From a virus (lineage: Duplodnaviria; Caudoviricetes): a DNA stretch of 64,000 nt. The stretch is taken from the IMG/VR virus record IMGVR_UViG_3300042940_001591. One strand, written 5' to 3'. The translations under genes were made by a program, and so were the position numbers. The number at the start of each line of letters is the position of its first letter. Positions within the stretch are counted from its first letter, which is position 1. The notes beneath the pieces are model-generated. The model ran no database searches, had not been told where the DNA came from, and saw nothing but the letters and a program-made list of their open reading frames with translations. Of the stretch, positions 1 to 11,581 are shown piece by piece.

Positions 1-2837
1 ATTGTAGAACCAGCAACAGGTGTTGAGGATTCGACTAAACCAGCGGCATATCCTGTTGATGGGTTTATTGGTGAGTGTGAATCTCCATATGAAGAATCTG
101 GTGTTGCCCACAAATATTTGTATGATAATGCCTCATTATATGCTTTGTCATATTTTTGACAACCTACTTCTGTTGCAATTTCTGTTCTTATTTGGTCAGC
201 CGGATTTTTCTTTCTAACTGTTCTATCATAAATTCTCATGATAACGAAAGTTCCTCTATCTGCGAAATTACCCACTCCATTATGTCCTCCCTCATATCCT
301 GCATAGTTAACACCACATAGATTTGTCCATTCCTCATGACTAAATGCTAACACTTCCATATAGTTTTTCCAAATACCAACAACGTTTGTCCATTGTTGTA
401 TTTTACTACTTAGTCTTGTTGGTCCATTTGAAGCACCATATGCTTCCCAACTATCTTCTTTATCTGGACCCAAAAATGTTGCTTTCCAATGATCTCTAAA
501 TTGAGCAGCTCTAAAATAACTTTTATTACCTAAAGCATTATTTGACTTATTAAAGTTTAAAATAAAATTTGAGAATGATATTGATGTTATACCCGCTTTG
601 TCTGGAGGCACTGTGTACGGAATAATTGTATCATCAACCAAAGGATACATATCCGCAATAAATCTACTATCGTTTATGTCTCCTTGTAATGGTATAACTT
701 TTGCAGTGCTCAGATATTCTAATATTGTTTTTTGTGTTGCCTTTGTTGGGTTTGTTAATTGGAAATTGTTACTATATAGTGGTGATGATGTGTCAGAACT
801 ATAATCTCTTGCCTGTGCATCTGGATAAAATGATTGTAGCCAAGATGAACCGTTTGTGGTTGATGTGTTAAATTCTATTGGTATTAACATTACCGAGCCA
901 GCACCTTGACCAATACCGACTACTTTTAATTTTATCTCTCCAACAGACGCATATTCAGATTCAGTTGATAAATCGGCAAATGCTGATGTATCTTCAGAAC
1001 ACTCTTCACAATCGGGATAAACCGTTAATGGAAGTACTTTTGTTCCTTTATCTTGCATACTATATGCCGCACTCATAAATTGTTCACCAATTCTCGCAAA
1101 CGGTCTCCAATTAAATGGCCATCCAAAATATATTCCGAATAGACCTTGACCTACTGAAAATAAAAATGAACCAATAAATTCAAAAAATTTGACAATGATG
1201 ATTGCAAAAACGAATTGTATAAATGTTACAATAGAAGATATTAATAAACTAAATTTAATTCTATTTCTAAATGCGAAGTTTGTTGGTATATAATTTGCAT
1301 TACCTGTACAATCATCTTCTTGACTTGGTCTAATTTGTTTAATACCTAAAAATGCATCTCTTCTTGATAAACCAAAAAATTGTTCGGCGGTTGAAACTTC
1401 ATAATGTGACCCTTGAAAAGACGTTGGTGTGTAAACTTTACCATAAATAAATTTATAGAAAACGTCTTCGGGAACTCCTCCGTTATTTGTCCCCAACATT
1501 GCATTTAATTTGTCATTAACAAATGTTGTTGCCATTGTTGAACCAGTTGTACCGGCTGGCCATGCGATATTTAAATAATCTTCAAATACATTTGAAAATT
1601 GATAAGTTGTTAATAATTCTTCATCATACTCACCTAAATTATTTGAACCATTTGCATTTTTATTATATTCTCTAATTTGTGGTATTAAATAATGTGCCGA
1701 TGTTGTTCCCTTTGTTGATTCGGTATTTCCTTCACCTAAACCAATTCTAAGTCTTGCAATTGTTGTTGTTGGAATACCTTTATTTCGGTCGTTTGTAATT
1801 TCTTCTTCACCAAATTCGTTTGTGAAGGTATATTCCATATTCATTGGAATGACAGCCATTGCTGTACCATCATCTTCAATAACACCCGGATTAAAATACT
1901 CTAATTCAGGATACAATGTTGTTCCATCTGAACCATATACTTTATTTCCTGTATATCTTACACCTTCAATTTTACCACCACTAGTTTGTAAATTACATTT
2001 ATATCCAGTGTTCGTTCTAATAACACCAGTTTTCTTAACCGCATCTGAATCACTATCTGTTACAGATGAGATTAAAATTAATGAAATTGGTTCTACCTTA
2101 ACACCTTTATCTGATAAGTCAAAATCTACTCTTGATATACCTATTTCACATAAATCTTGATTTCCCCAAAATGGAAAAACCTCAATTTTTTTATTAAATG
2201 CTACAATTTGTTCTAACCCGTCTAAATCTTCATCAGATTTAAAATTATAAAATCTATCAAATCTTTTTTCGTCAATTCCTTGTCTAATAAAATCATATGG
2301 TCTAATTGAAAAACATCCCATATCTGACAAGTCAACTTCAGCATGAATTGTTTGTTCACCTAATGGAACTCCCCAAATCATAAAGTCACCAGCACTATTG
2401 GTTTTTACAGTATAATTGTAATAAGTTTCATAAACTTCTAAAACTTCCTCTCTTGATAAGATTTCTTGTTGGTCAAAAAATGTACCTGTTGGTACATGTC
2501 CTCCGTGTTGTTTCCTTGATGGTAAAAGATTATAACGATATCCATCATCATTTTTATCTACGACTGACGTATAGGGATATAAAGCGGATATAACGGGGTC
2601 TGTTGAATCTGTGTCTTTTTGTGGTACAAAAACCGATACTTTAACATTTGGTATACCTAAACCATTATTTGCAGTAACTCTACCACAAACCACTCCATAA
2701 TCCGAGCATAACGATGTATATGCCTGTTGTTGGGTAAATTTTAATGATAAAACCTCCAATAAGTCGTAGTCTTGTTTTAACTCAACCGTAACCCTTTGGT
2801 CTTTTCCAATATTTGTTGAAATTCTATGTTTTTGCAT
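1..2837 (-). CDS. Large virion/baseplate-associated protein (>945 aa, truncated at window start) with a carboxypeptidase-regulatory-like beta domain and a hydrophobic segment; missing from the ORF track
   Basis: ATG at 2835-2837 (minus) reads MQKHRISTNIGKDQRVTVELKQDYDLLEVLSLKF...YGVVCGRVTANNGLGIPNVKVSVF. The frame stays open to position 1 (...PVAGST), so no stop lies in the window. A TATTTAT motif lies upstream (2848-2854) and the gene follows the wedge gene. Confidence 0.85.
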   Translation of the reverse strand, partial: MQKHRISTNIGKDQRVTVELKQDYDLLEVLSLKFTQQQAYTSLCSDYGVVCGRVTANNGLGIPNVKVSVFVPQKDTDSTDPVISALYPYTSVVDKNDDGYRYNLLPSRKQHGGHVPTGTFFDQQEILSREEVLEVYETYYNYTVKTNSAGDFMIWGVPLGEQTIHAEVDLSDMGCFSIRPYDFIRQGIDEKRFDRFYNFKSDEDLDGLEQIVAFNKKIEVFPFWGNQDLCEIGISRVDFDLSDKGVKVEPISLILISSVTDSDSDAVKKTGVIRTNTGYKCNLQTSGGKIEGVRYTGNKVYGSDGTTLYPELEYFNPGVIEDDGTAMAVIPMNMEYTFTNEFGEEEITNDRNKGIPTTTIARLRIGLGEGNTESTKGTTSAHYLIPQIREYNKNANGSNNLGEYDEELLTTYQFSNVFEDYLNIAWPAGTTGSTMATTFVNDKLNAMLGTNNGGVPEDVFYKFIYGKVYTPTSFQGSHYEVSTAEQFFGLSRRDAFLGIKQIRPSQEDDCTGNANYIPTNFAFRNRIKFSLLISSIVTFIQFVFAIIIVKFFEFIGSFLFSVGQGLFGIYFGWPFNWRPFARIGEQFMSAAYSMQDKGTKVLPLTVYPDCEECSEDTSAFADLSTESEYASVGEIKLKVVGIGQGAGSVMLIPIEFNTSTTNGSSWLQSFYPDAQARDYSSDTSSPLYSNNFQLTNPTKATQKTILEYLSTAKVIPLQGDINDSRFIADMYPLVDDTIIPYTVPPDKAGITSISFSNFILNFNKSNNALGNKSYFRAAQFRDHWKATFLGPDKEDSWEAYGASNGPTRLSSKIQQWTNVVGIWKNYMEVLAFSHEEWTNLCGVNYAGYEGGHNGVGNFADRGTFVIMRIYDRTVRKKNPADQIRTEIATEVGCQKYDKAYNEALSYKYLWATPDSSYGDSHSPINPSTGYAAGLVESSTPVAGST

Positions 2838-2894
2838 TGTTCTTATAATAAATAGAAAGCATGAGATTTTCTACTATTATAACGAAAAAACATT

Positions 2895-4724
2895 TTAGTA
2901 TGTAGTCGTTCCTAAAGATTTAGTTCTCACTTTGATATCTACATTTGGGAATCTGATTTGGAAAATTTGATTGGACTTCATGAATATCGTTAAATCAGTT
3001 TGTGTTATTAATCCTGTTGTTGCATTTACGTCTTGTGAAACTTCAGAACTTGAGTAGTTTCCACCTTTTTTGTTAAAAACTCTAACGTCGACAACATTTA
3101 CAACTCCTGAAACCGCACCAATTTCTCTCATTAAATCTCCTACGAATAATGGGTCACCCATTTTACGTTTTTCAATTGCGAAAAATTCTACTGTATTTTG
3201 AATCGTTGTTCTTAAAATATCACTTGTTTTTTCGTTCTTATCGACAATTAAATCAATTTCTAACCCTAAATCAATTACCTGACCACTTGTAATATCAATG
3301 TAATCATTTATCATTCTATATTCAGAAAGATAACTTAATATGTTGTTTTTCAATGTGTTAGAAACAATATCAGTTAAATTACCATTTTCATCATATGATA
3401 AAAGTTTAATCTTAACCTTATTATCTTCTTCCATTACATTTACTTTAGCAGGTGCACCATAAGTAGATGGCATTGTCTCAATCAATGATTTGTAATCATT
3501 TAAAGTTACTGCTCTATCTTGTGCGGAAAAATTATAAGATACCATATTTCTTAACTCTTCTATTGTAGGTTGGTCAGCTCCACCGATTGCGGGAGTTACG
3601 TTAGTAACTCTCAATGATTGTTGAACTTGTGAATTAAAGTTCTCATTTGGACCATTAACCTCAAATTCAACGTCATCTACACTTGTTATAATATTAACCC
3701 CTAAATTCGAGTCTTTACCACCGCCAATACGATATTTGATGAATATTGTGGTGTTGGCCTTTGGTACCGCACCCAATGACATATTATTTAGATATGTTGA
3801 TAGATTAACCTTTAAAGAACCATTCATATAGTTATCTAAATTATCTAATGGGTTAACAGTTCCTGAACCAAATGTTATTGAAAAATAACCCTCGGGAGTA
3901 TATTCGGTTACAAATTTGTTGTTTACATCGAGATATTTTCCCGCCTTAAAATTATCTGAATCTGAAGCTGCAGTTGGGTCTGGTATAAAAACTTTATCTT
4001 GAATTAATGTTTTTACTTCATACCATTTATTTGAAATGTTTGTAAATTCAGAAGATGATGGATTTGCCCCAAATGAGGTTCCATCTTTATGAATAATAGA
4101 TGTTACACCTAACACATCTTGTTCGGGTAAGTAAAGTTTAAGAAATGGTTTTTGATCTAATTCTGAAATTACTCTTCTATAAATTCTTGTAACTCCGTTA
4201 ACAACGGGTTCTCTTTTTGTTATAGTGTATGAAATCAATCTATTATTATTATCAAAATTAGGTATTTTAAGTCTATTTGGTTCTCCTCTACTATTGAATG
4301 GGTCAGAAAAATCAATATCTTCTAACGTTTCAAATATTTGTCCTCCTCCTGAAACCTGAGCACCTGCTTTAACAACACCCAAATATCTATCATCCTCTTT
4401 ATCTCCCCTTACCGGCACGTTAATAGAAAAATCACATAAAGAAACGGATGGTCTATTACCGGGTATTTTAATACCATAAGTTTTTGCAATATGAAATAAC
4501 GATTGTCTTTGTTGAGCAAAGTCTAACATTGTTTCTTGCCAAACCCTATCAATATGAAAGTGTAAGTTATCTGCAACTGCCGCGTTTAAATCTAACAATA
4601 CAGAGAATATTGATGCGTCGTTGGTATTTTTAACCAAATCAGGATAATATTCTTTTGTTAAATTTACTAATTCTTGTCTAAGTCCCGCAAAATCTCTGGT
4701 TGCGTATGATATCTTTTTTCCCAT
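2895..4724 (-). CDS. Baseplate wedge protein (T4 gp6 / baseplate J-like)
   Basis: N-terminal YATRDFAGLRQELVNL...DLNAAVADNLHFHID and C-terminal GGADQPTIEELR...AQDRAVTLNDY...AKVNV are typical gp6-like motifs; adjacent to a gp25-like gene. Confidence 0.88.
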   Translation of the reverse strand: MGKKISYATRDFAGLRQELVNLTKEYYPDLVKNTNDASIFSVLLDLNAAVADNLHFHIDRVWQETMLDFAQQRQSLFHIAKTYGIKIPGNRPSVSLCDFSINVPVRGDKEDDRYLGVVKAGAQVSGGGQIFETLEDIDFSDPFNSRGEPNRLKIPNFDNNNRLISYTITKREPVVNGVTRIYRRVISELDQKPFLKLYLPEQDVLGVTSIIHKDGTSFGANPSSSEFTNISNKWYEVKTLIQDKVFIPDPTAASDSDNFKAGKYLDVNNKFVTEYTPEGYFSITFGSGTVNPLDNLDNYMNGSLKVNLSTYLNNMSLGAVPKANTTIFIKYRIGGGKDSNLGVNIITSVDDVEFEVNGPNENFNSQVQQSLRVTNVTPAIGGADQPTIEELRNMVSYNFSAQDRAVTLNDYKSLIETMPSTYGAPAKVNVMEEDNKVKIKLLSYDENGNLTDIVSNTLKNNILSYLSEYRMINDYIDITSGQVIDLGLEIDLIVDKNEKTSDILRTTIQNTVEFFAIEKRKMGDPLFVGDLMREIGAVSGVVNVVDVRVFNKKGGNYSSSEVSQDVNATTGLITQTDLTIFMKSNQIFQIRFPNVDIKVRTKSLGTTTY

Positions 4725-4725
4725 T

Positions 4726-5178
4726 TTAAATGTTTAATATTATAAAATCTGAAGACGAAAACGCTCCATTATTAACTGTATATTCAATCTTTACTTTAGC
4801 CGTGTACGGTTTATTTTTACTATCTGATACTCTAAAAAGTCTTTCGTCCTCATCAGAAGAAAATGTTCTTACATTATCAGGATCATCTTCCGCAGAAATT
4901 ACTTCAAGATTTGTTATGTCTAAATTAGGTATGTATCTTTTTACCGATTCCCTAATTTCTTCTTCAATTAAGTTCCAAGTTACCATGTCGTTTTGGTCGA
5001 ATATAAATTGATATAATCTTGTACCAAAATCAGGTAAGAAATAACGACTACCTCTTTTTGTTAATAATAAATGTATTAAATTAGCTCTAACTTCCCTATC
5101 GGGTGCTGAGGTCATTTTTAAATAACTACCTTCTAAACTGTCTCTAAAAGGAAAATCAATTCCATATTTTACCGCCAT
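4726..5178 (-). CDS. Baseplate wedge subunit, gp25/GPW-like
   Basis: YGIDFPF...VRANLIHLLLTKRGSRYFLPDFGTRLYQFIFD...IEEEIRESVKRYIP is the gp25 signature. Confidence 0.9.
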   Translation of the reverse strand: MAVKYGIDFPFRDSLEGSYLKMTSAPDREVRANLIHLLLTKRGSRYFLPDFGTRLYQFIFDQNDMVTWNLIEEEIRESVKRYIPNLDITNLEVISAEDDPDNVRTFSSDEDERLFRVSDSKNKPYTAKVKIEYTVNNGAFSSSDFIILNI

Positions 5179-5214
5179 ACCAATAAATATAAACTATTAT
5201 AAAATGGTAATAAA

Positions 5215-5240
5215 TAAAAAACCCAGCCGAAGCTGGGTTA
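5215..5240 (-). terminator. Rho-independent terminator after nrdA (C-UUCG-G tetraloop)
   Basis: Minus strand AACCCAGC-TTCG-GCTGGGTT followed by a T-run. Confidence 0.85.
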
Positions 5241-5268
5241 AATTTATAGTAAAATATACCTAATTTTA

Positions 5269-7701
5269 TTACGAACCACATCCCTCACACTCAAATGGTG
5301 AATCGGTGGGTCTTTCTGATGTCATTACAACTTCAGGTGTTTGTTCACTAATCAATGTATTATTTGTTGGAACTTCAACATTATTCACAGATGATGTTTG
5401 TTCGACTGGTTTTGATGCTGACATATCAACCCCCAAACCTTTCAACGCATCAACTGCCGCTCTTGTTCTTAAATAATACATACCAGTTTTTAAACCTAAT
5501 TTCCATCCAAATAAGTGTGCTGCTAATAATTTAGGTTTAGTTGCATTATCCACAAATAAATTTAATGATTGTGATTGGTCAATAAATACACTTCTGTTTG
5601 CTGCCATTTGTAAAACTCTCTTTTGAGACATTTCCCAAACGGTCTTATATACTTCTTTCATTTCAGTTGGAATTTCAGGAATATTTTGAACCGAACCATT
5701 TTCCATGATTAACTTGTTCTTAATCGTATCATTCCATAACCCTAACTTCAATAAATCGGCAACCAAATGTTTGTTAATCATGACAAACTCACCACTTAAT
5801 GTTCTACGTGAATATAAATTTGTTGTGAATGGTTCAAACGCTTCATTATTACCTAAAATCTGTGCTGTAGATGCTGTTGGCATCGGTGCAACTAATAATG
5901 AATTTCTAACACCATAGTTAACAACATTCTTCCTTAATTTTTTCCAATCCCAACGACCAGATAAATCTTTGGCAGTTTTACCCCACATCTCAAATTGGAA
6001 AATTCCTTTTTCGATTGGTGAACCTGCAATTGATTCATATGGTCCAAACTCTTTCGATAAGTCATTTGAAGATGTCATCGCCGCAAAATATATTGTTTCA
6101 AAAATATCTGTTTGTAATTTATCAGCATCTTCAGATTCAAATGGTAAATTTAACATACAAAACACATCGGCTAAACCTTGAACTCCTAAGCCAACTGGTC
6201 TGTGTTTAAGATTTGAACGTTTTGTTTCTTCTGTTGGGTAATAATTTAAATCAATCACATTGTTTAAGTTTTTTACAACTTGATATGTGTATTCATATAA
6301 TAAATCGTGATTAAATTCACCGTTTAAAATATACTTAGGTAAAGCAATTGATGCTAAATTACAAACCGCTTGTTCAGTTGGTGAACTGTATTCAATAATT
6401 TCAGTACATAAGTTTGATGACTTGATAGTACCTAAATTTTTTTGGTTTGATTTATAATTGGCAGGGTCCTTATATAACATATAGGGTGTACCTGTTTCAA
6501 TTTGTGCAGTTAAGATAGCATCCATTAATTTTCTTGCTTTAATGACTTTTCTACCTAAACCTTGTTGTTCGTATGATTCATATAAACGAGTAAACGCCTT
6601 ATCTTCAGGACTATCATATGCATCAGATAATCCAGGTGCCTCATCAGGTGAGAACAATGTCCAATCACCATCTTGTTCGACACGTTGCATAAACAAATCA
6701 GGAGTCCACATTGCTAAGAACAAATCTCTTGCTCTCATTTCCTCTTTACCGTGATTTTTTCTTAAATCAATAAATTCAAATACATCAGAATGCCATGGTT
6801 CTAAATAAACAGCGAACGAACCTTTACGTTTTCCTCCTTGGTTAATCCAACGAGCAACTTCGTTATATGTTTTCATCATTGGTAACAATCCATCAGATTG
6901 TCCACCTGTTCCTTTAATATATGCTCCTTTAGCACGAACATCATGAACGTGTAAACCGATACCACCAGCCCACTTAGAAATCTTTGCAACGTCTTTAATT
7001 GTGTCAAACAAACCATCAATATCATCACCTTTGTTTCCAATTAAAAAACAAGATGACATTTGTGCTCTACGTGTACCAGCATTAAATAATGTTGGTGTTG
7101 CGTGAGTATAAAAATGTTGTGATAAGTCATCATAAATTCTTAACGCAGTATCTAAATCACCCTTACATATACCAACCGCAACTCTCATATAAAGATATTG
7201 TGGTCTTTCAATAACTCTATCTCCAATCTTTAAAAGATAAGAACGTTCTAATGTCTTATAACCAAAATAATCAAAATCAAAATCTCTTTCTTGATGAATT
7301 GCACCATCTAAAGTTTCTCTATTATCAATCACAAACTTGTAAACGTCATCACTTATTAATGAAGATTCTTTACCTGTTTTTGGTTCAACAAAAGAATATA
7401 GTTCTTTAACACATTGTGAGAATTTTTTATGTGTTGTTTTATGTAAATTAGAAACTGCCAATCTACCAGCTAACTTAGCATAATCTGGATGTGTTGTAAC
7501 CATAGCAGCAGCTGTCTCCGCCGCTAACACATCTAACTCAGTTGTTGATATTCCGTCATAAATTCCTTGTGTTACTTTTAATGTAACATATGTTGGGTCA
7601 ATATATTCTAAATTTAAATCACTACAGAAAACACTAATTCTTCTCGTGATTTTATCATACCTCATTTCCTCTAAGGAACCGTCTCTTTTTTTTACTTTCA
7701 T
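5269..7701 (-). CDS. nrdA: Class Ia ribonucleotide reductase alpha subunit with N-terminal ATP cone
   Basis: VKKRDGS ATP cone, TPTLFNAG, SSCF, GGIG, SNLCTEI, VCNLAS, APMPTASTAQI, YYLRT and C-terminal CEGCGS. All catalytic residues are present and there is no intein. Confidence 0.98.
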   Translation of the reverse strand: MKVKKRDGSLEEMRYDKITRRISVFCSDLNLEYIDPTYVTLKVTQGIYDGISTTELDVLAAETAAAMVTTHPDYAKLAGRLAVSNLHKTTHKKFSQCVKELYSFVEPKTGKESSLISDDVYKFVIDNRETLDGAIHQERDFDFDYFGYKTLERSYLLKIGDRVIERPQYLYMRVAVGICKGDLDTALRIYDDLSQHFYTHATPTLFNAGTRRAQMSSCFLIGNKGDDIDGLFDTIKDVAKISKWAGGIGLHVHDVRAKGAYIKGTGGQSDGLLPMMKTYNEVARWINQGGKRKGSFAVYLEPWHSDVFEFIDLRKNHGKEEMRARDLFLAMWTPDLFMQRVEQDGDWTLFSPDEAPGLSDAYDSPEDKAFTRLYESYEQQGLGRKVIKARKLMDAILTAQIETGTPYMLYKDPANYKSNQKNLGTIKSSNLCTEIIEYSSPTEQAVCNLASIALPKYILNGEFNHDLLYEYTYQVVKNLNNVIDLNYYPTEETKRSNLKHRPVGLGVQGLADVFCMLNLPFESEDADKLQTDIFETIYFAAMTSSNDLSKEFGPYESIAGSPIEKGIFQFEMWGKTAKDLSGRWDWKKLRKNVVNYGVRNSLLVAPMPTASTAQILGNNEAFEPFTTNLYSRRTLSGEFVMINKHLVADLLKLGLWNDTIKNKLIMENGSVQNIPEIPTEMKEVYKTVWEMSQKRVLQMAANRSVFIDQSQSLNLFVDNATKPKLLAAHLFGWKLGLKTGMYYLRTRAAVDALKGLGVDMSASKPVEQTSSVNNVEVPTNNTLISEQTPEVVMTSERPTDSPFECEGCGS

Positions 7702-7716
7702 CTTTATAATAATATT

Positions 7717-8694
7717 TTAAAAATCAATGTCGTCACCAAATGCTGAATCTAAATCTTCAGTTGCTACGTTATTAACACCAGCTTTTTGATATTCAGCCAC
7801 TCTTTTCTCAAAAAAATTAGTTTTACCTTGTAATGCAATGTTTTGCATAAAATCAAAAGGATTTTCTGAATTATAAACTTTAGGAGCACCTAATGCAACC
7901 AATAATCTATCTGTTACAAACTCAAGGTATTGTGACATTAAATCTGAGTTCATACCGATTAAACGAACCGGCAATGCTTCGAGAATAAATTCCTTTTCAA
8001 TTTCTAACGCACCACAAATAATTTCTTTAATTCTTTCTGGTGATATTTTATTTTCAATATGGTTGTTATAAAGATGACAAGCAAAATCACAGTGTACACC
8101 TTCGTCACGAGAAATCAACTCATTTGAAAAAGTTAAACCTGGCATTAAACCTCTTTTCTTTAACCAAAAAATTGAACAGAACGAACCTGAAAAGAAAATA
8201 CCCTCCACCGCAGCAAACGCTAATAGTCTATCTACGAATGATTCTGAATTAATCCATTTAAGTGCCCAATCCGCTTTCTTCTTAATTGCGGGAATAGTAT
8301 CAATTGCATTAAACAATTTATGTTGTTCTTCCTTATCTTTTACCAATGTATCAATTAATAATGAATACGTTTCACTATGAATATTCTCCATCATAATTTG
8401 GAATCCATAAAAGAATTTAGCTTCAGTATATTGAACTTCATTAACAAAGTTCATTGCCAAATTTTCATTTACTATACCATCAGATGCCGCAAAAAATGCT
8501 AACACGTGTTTTACGAAATGTTGTTCATCGTCATTTAATTTATTCTCCCAGTCATTTACATCTTGAGTTAAATCAATCTCTTCCGCAGTCCAAAAAGACG
8601 CTTCAGATTGTTTATAGAACTTCCATAAGTCATGATGTTCGATAGGAAAAAGGACAAACCTTCCTGGGTTGTCTTGTAAAATTTTTTCAGTCAT
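7717..8694 (-). CDS. nrdB: Class Ia ribonucleotide reductase beta subunit
   Basis: [55 protein letters not shown]. Confidence 0.98.
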   Translation of the reverse strand: MTEKILQDNPGRFVLFPIEHHDLWKFYKQSEASFWTAEEIDLTQDVNDWENKLNDDEQHFVKHVLAFFAASDGIVNENLAMNFVNEVQYTEAKFFYGFQIMMENIHSETYSLLIDTLVKDKEEQHKLFNAIDTIPAIKKKADWALKWINSESFVDRLLAFAAVEGIFFSGSFCSIFWLKKRGLMPGLTFSNELISRDEGVHCDFACHLYNNHIENKISPERIKEIICGALEIEKEFILEALPVRLIGMNSDLMSQYLEFVTDRLLVALGAPKVYNSENPFDFMQNIALQGKTNFFEKRVAEYQKAGVNNVATEDLDSAFGDDIDF

Positions 8695-8701
8695 TTTTTT
8701 T

Positions 8702-10081
8702 TTAGTTTTGTTTGTTTGCTACTTCTTGTCTCTTTAAAAAGGCTTCTCTTGCTCTAACTTGGTTATTTTGAACTTTTTGTTCTTCGTGACCTAATAGAGT
8801 ATTTTGTGATTCTGTATCAATAAGTAAGAACTCATTGTTGAATTTACAGTTTTGCCATATGATACCATCCTTACCTATACGAGATTTAAGTAAAGTTAAA
8901 GTTGCTAAGTTGTGTTCTTTTTGTTCTAATGTTTTACCAATAGATAATATAACGTGAGCAATTTGTGCCTTCTTGATTGAACCTCCCATTTGGTCTCCTG
9001 TTACAACTTCAGATGAAATTGATTCACGATTACCTTGAGTTGCTGTCCATATTGCCATATCAAACTCACCTGTCATTGCTTCTAAACTTCTCATTACCGA
9101 ACCCTCACCTTTCCATTCTTCTCCGTTTGTTGATTTATCTGAAGATACACAATCAATATAATCAATAATTAATAAATCAATTTTGAATCCATCTGAATTC
9201 AGTTTTCTAACTTTAGATTTGATATCGGCTATTGTAACATTATCACTAGCTAATTTTAATAATCTTAAATTACCTTTTGATTTTTCTTGTACTTCCTCAA
9301 CCTTTTTCTTAACTATGTCCTTAAATTCTGGTTGTTCGTCCGCAGTAATGTCAGTCCAAATTGTATAGTGTTTTCTCTTAATGTTACCCGGATTATCTTC
9401 AAAAAATATTTGAAGTACGTTAAAGTCTAAATTATATGCTGTATTGGCAAATTTAGTTAATAATGTGGTTTTACCAGTACCAGTTGGTGCAAGAACTACT
9501 CCTAATTCACCTCTACCTAATCCACCCTTAAGAACTTTATCAACTCCAACAATTCCAGTTGCAATTGGTAGACGATAGTCGCTTTCTAACGCCTCATCAA
9601 TATTATGAAATACGTCAGTTGCATCATCATTACTGATACCAACTTGTAATGCCTTTTGAATGATTTGTTCAATTTTACTATAAGATTCGAACTCACCGCT
9701 TTCAATAATACTTTGTACACTTTTAAGTTCTCTTTTTAAATTTTGTTGTTTACAAAAATTAAGTGCCGTGTCTTTAATATATTCAGTTTGACCCTCTCCT
9801 TCACTTATAGCCGTTAATGTGTCTAAATGTACTTTAGAAGAATCACGGTTACCTCCTTCAGCCATGATTTTTTGTGCTAACGTATCGTAATTAGGTATTT
9901 TACTATATATTTTGTACAATTCCTTTGTGTTCTCCATAATAAATCTAAATGAATTATTATCAAAAAACTTAGCTTCAATTACATCAATAATCGTTTCTCC
10001 GTACTTCTTATCCTCAATTATTGCCTTTATTAGTGATTGTTGAAATGTAAATCCCAAATACCCAAAATTCCTTTCTTCCAT
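8702..10081 (-). CDS. dnaB: Replicative DnaB/gp41-like helicase
   Basis: Walker [31 protein letters not shown]. Confidence 0.92.
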   Translation of the reverse strand: MEERNFGYLGFTFQQSLIKAIIEDKKYGETIIDVIEAKFFDNNSFRFIMENTKELYKIYSKIPNYDTLAQKIMAEGGNRDSSKVHLDTLTAISEGEGQTEYIKDTALNFCKQQNLKRELKSVQSIIESGEFESYSKIEQIIQKALQVGISNDDATDVFHNIDEALESDYRLPIATGIVGVDKVLKGGLGRGELGVVLAPTGTGKTTLLTKFANTAYNLDFNVLQIFFEDNPGNIKRKHYTIWTDITADEQPEFKDIVKKKVEEVQEKSKGNLRLLKLASDNVTIADIKSKVRKLNSDGFKIDLLIIDYIDCVSSDKSTNGEEWKGEGSVMRSLEAMTGEFDMAIWTATQGNRESISSEVVTGDQMGGSIKKAQIAHVILSIGKTLEQKEHNLATLTLLKSRIGKDGIIWQNCKFNNEFLLIDTESQNTLLGHEEQKVQNNQVRAREAFLKRQEVANKQN

Positions 10082-10106
10082 GTTATGTTTTATTATATAT
10101 TAAAAA

Positions 10107-10556
10107 TTATAGTTCGTAATGTAGATATGTTGTTTCCAATTCTTCAGATGATAAAATGTCAGTTAAGTCTGACAAAATACGCTTAAGTTTTGGACGAATA
10201 TCAACCGTATACCTAACCTTTGGATGGTAATAATATGCGGGGAATATCCTTTGAATAAATACATCGTCATTCAACTTAATGACTAATAAAAAATGTTCTC
10301 TGTCCTTCTCCGGAGCATCTTCCACATAGTCCGAAGATAGGAAATAATTTTGATTTTCACACAAATAATCGGAACTTTTTATTTTTAAATCCTCCGCAAT
10401 ATCTTCACAAATATTTCTTATATAATAATGTAAATCCATAGAACGGCGGGATTGTTCTACATGATCCTTAACATTGAAGAATCGTTGACAGATTATGTTT
10501 CCTTCTAATGTTAAAAGAAACTCAAATTTTGTGATGTCAAGTTGTTGGTTACTCAT
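10107..10556 (-). CDS. Hypothetical protein in the replication operon
   Basis: 149-aa ORF tightly packed between the exonuclease and helicase genes; no motif recognised. Confidence 0.7.
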   Translation of the reverse strand: MSNQQLDITKFEFLLTLEGNIICQRFFNVKDHVEQSRRSMDLHYYIRNICEDIAEDLKIKSSDYLCENQNYFLSSDYVEDAPEKDREHFLLVIKLNDDVFIQRIFPAYYYHPKVRYTVDIRPKLKRILSDLTDILSSEELETTYLHYEL

Positions 10557-11571
10557 AGATTTTTACTTTAATTGTTTTTTTTTTATTTTTTTCTTTTGTT
10601 GTTAATCGAAGAAATGGGTTTATAAATTTAATCCACGAATCGTCAGATTTTGATAATAGATTGAATATTCCATCGTCCCTCATCATTCTCATAGCATTTT
10701 TATATGACCTACCTTCTTGGTCTAAATTTTCATTTATTAGTAAATTTATATTTTCTTTAGCCTCATCAGTTAAAAAAGGTTCTTCCAAACTTACGATACG
10801 ATTGTTAATATCGAAAAATTCCTCACCTAATACTCCGTGTTTGGTAACACCTGTTAGTAAATTTGCAATAAGTTTGTTGTGTTTGTCTTGTTGAAAGATT
10901 TCCTCACATTTGTTTTTAACTCGTTCAACAGAAATTTGTTGTGTTTTTAGTTCAGGGAAAACTGATAAAAATCTTTTTACTCCCATTCCTCTTATACCGG
11001 CAATGTTGTCTGAAGAATCACCACACATCATCTTAACCAATTTAACATTTTCGATTAAAATTTCTTCATGGTTGTATAGAATAGTATCGTTTTTTTTGTA
11101 AAGTTTTCCGTGTGAGGGATTGTAAATTTGTGTGGTTTCTGAAACGAGTTGAGTTAAATCTCCGTCTGAAGAATAAATTATTTTATTTTCGTCAGGTGAA
11201 TTTTGAGTATAGTAAGCGATGTTGTCATCAGTCTCACAATACTCATATTCTCCCTGTCTTACAAATAACTCCTCGAGATATTGTTTTACTCTATCTCTTT
11301 GGTAGTTATAGGAATTTAATTCTTCTTCACTTCTAATTCTTTGTCTTCTATTTTCCTTGTAATGGATATAGATTTTCTTTCTGGTTTGTGAACCTTCCAA
11401 TCCATCCCAAAATACCACTATTTTATCTAAATGATATGTTTCAAATGATTTTCTAAGAGTATTGAGAAAATGATAAATTCCTCCAATATGTGCTCCTTTA
11501 TGAAAGGCGTTCTTAACACCATAAAAACCAATCGTGAGTAAATTGTCTCCATCAACAAGTAATACCGACAT
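10549..11571 (-). CDS. 5'-3' exonuclease / flap endonuclease (T4 RNase H, PolA N-terminal-like)
   Basis: LLVDGDNL, VVFWDG, CETDDNIA, SSDGDLTQL, MCGDSSDNIAGIRGMG. Confidence 0.93.
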   Translation of the reverse strand: MSVLLVDGDNLLTIGFYGVKNAFHKGAHIGGIYHFLNTLRKSFETYHLDKIVVFWDGLEGSQTRKKIYIHYKENRRQRIRSEEELNSYNYQRDRVKQYLEELFVRQGEYEYCETDDNIAYYTQNSPDENKIIYSSDGDLTQLVSETTQIYNPSHGKLYKKNDTILYNHEEILIENVKLVKMMCGDSSDNIAGIRGMGVKRFLSVFPELKTQQISVERVKNKCEEIFQQDKHNKLIANLLTGVTKHGVLGEEFFDINNRIVSLEEPFLTDEAKENINLLINENLDQEGRSYKNAMRMMRDDGIFNLLSKSDDSWIKFINPFLRLTTKEKNKKKTIKVKIYE

Positions 11572-11581
11572 TTAAAATTAA

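Noticed and set aside
20-2160. Plus-strand ORFs 20-217, 598-804, 878-1078 and 1822-2160
   Set aside because: Antisense shadows of the long open minus-strand gene 1-2837; no protein-like motifs.
5800-5815. TGTTCTACGTGAATAT, a weak parS-like 16-mer
   Set aside because: Only about 12/16 matches, not palindromic, and inside the nrdA coding sequence; likely chance.
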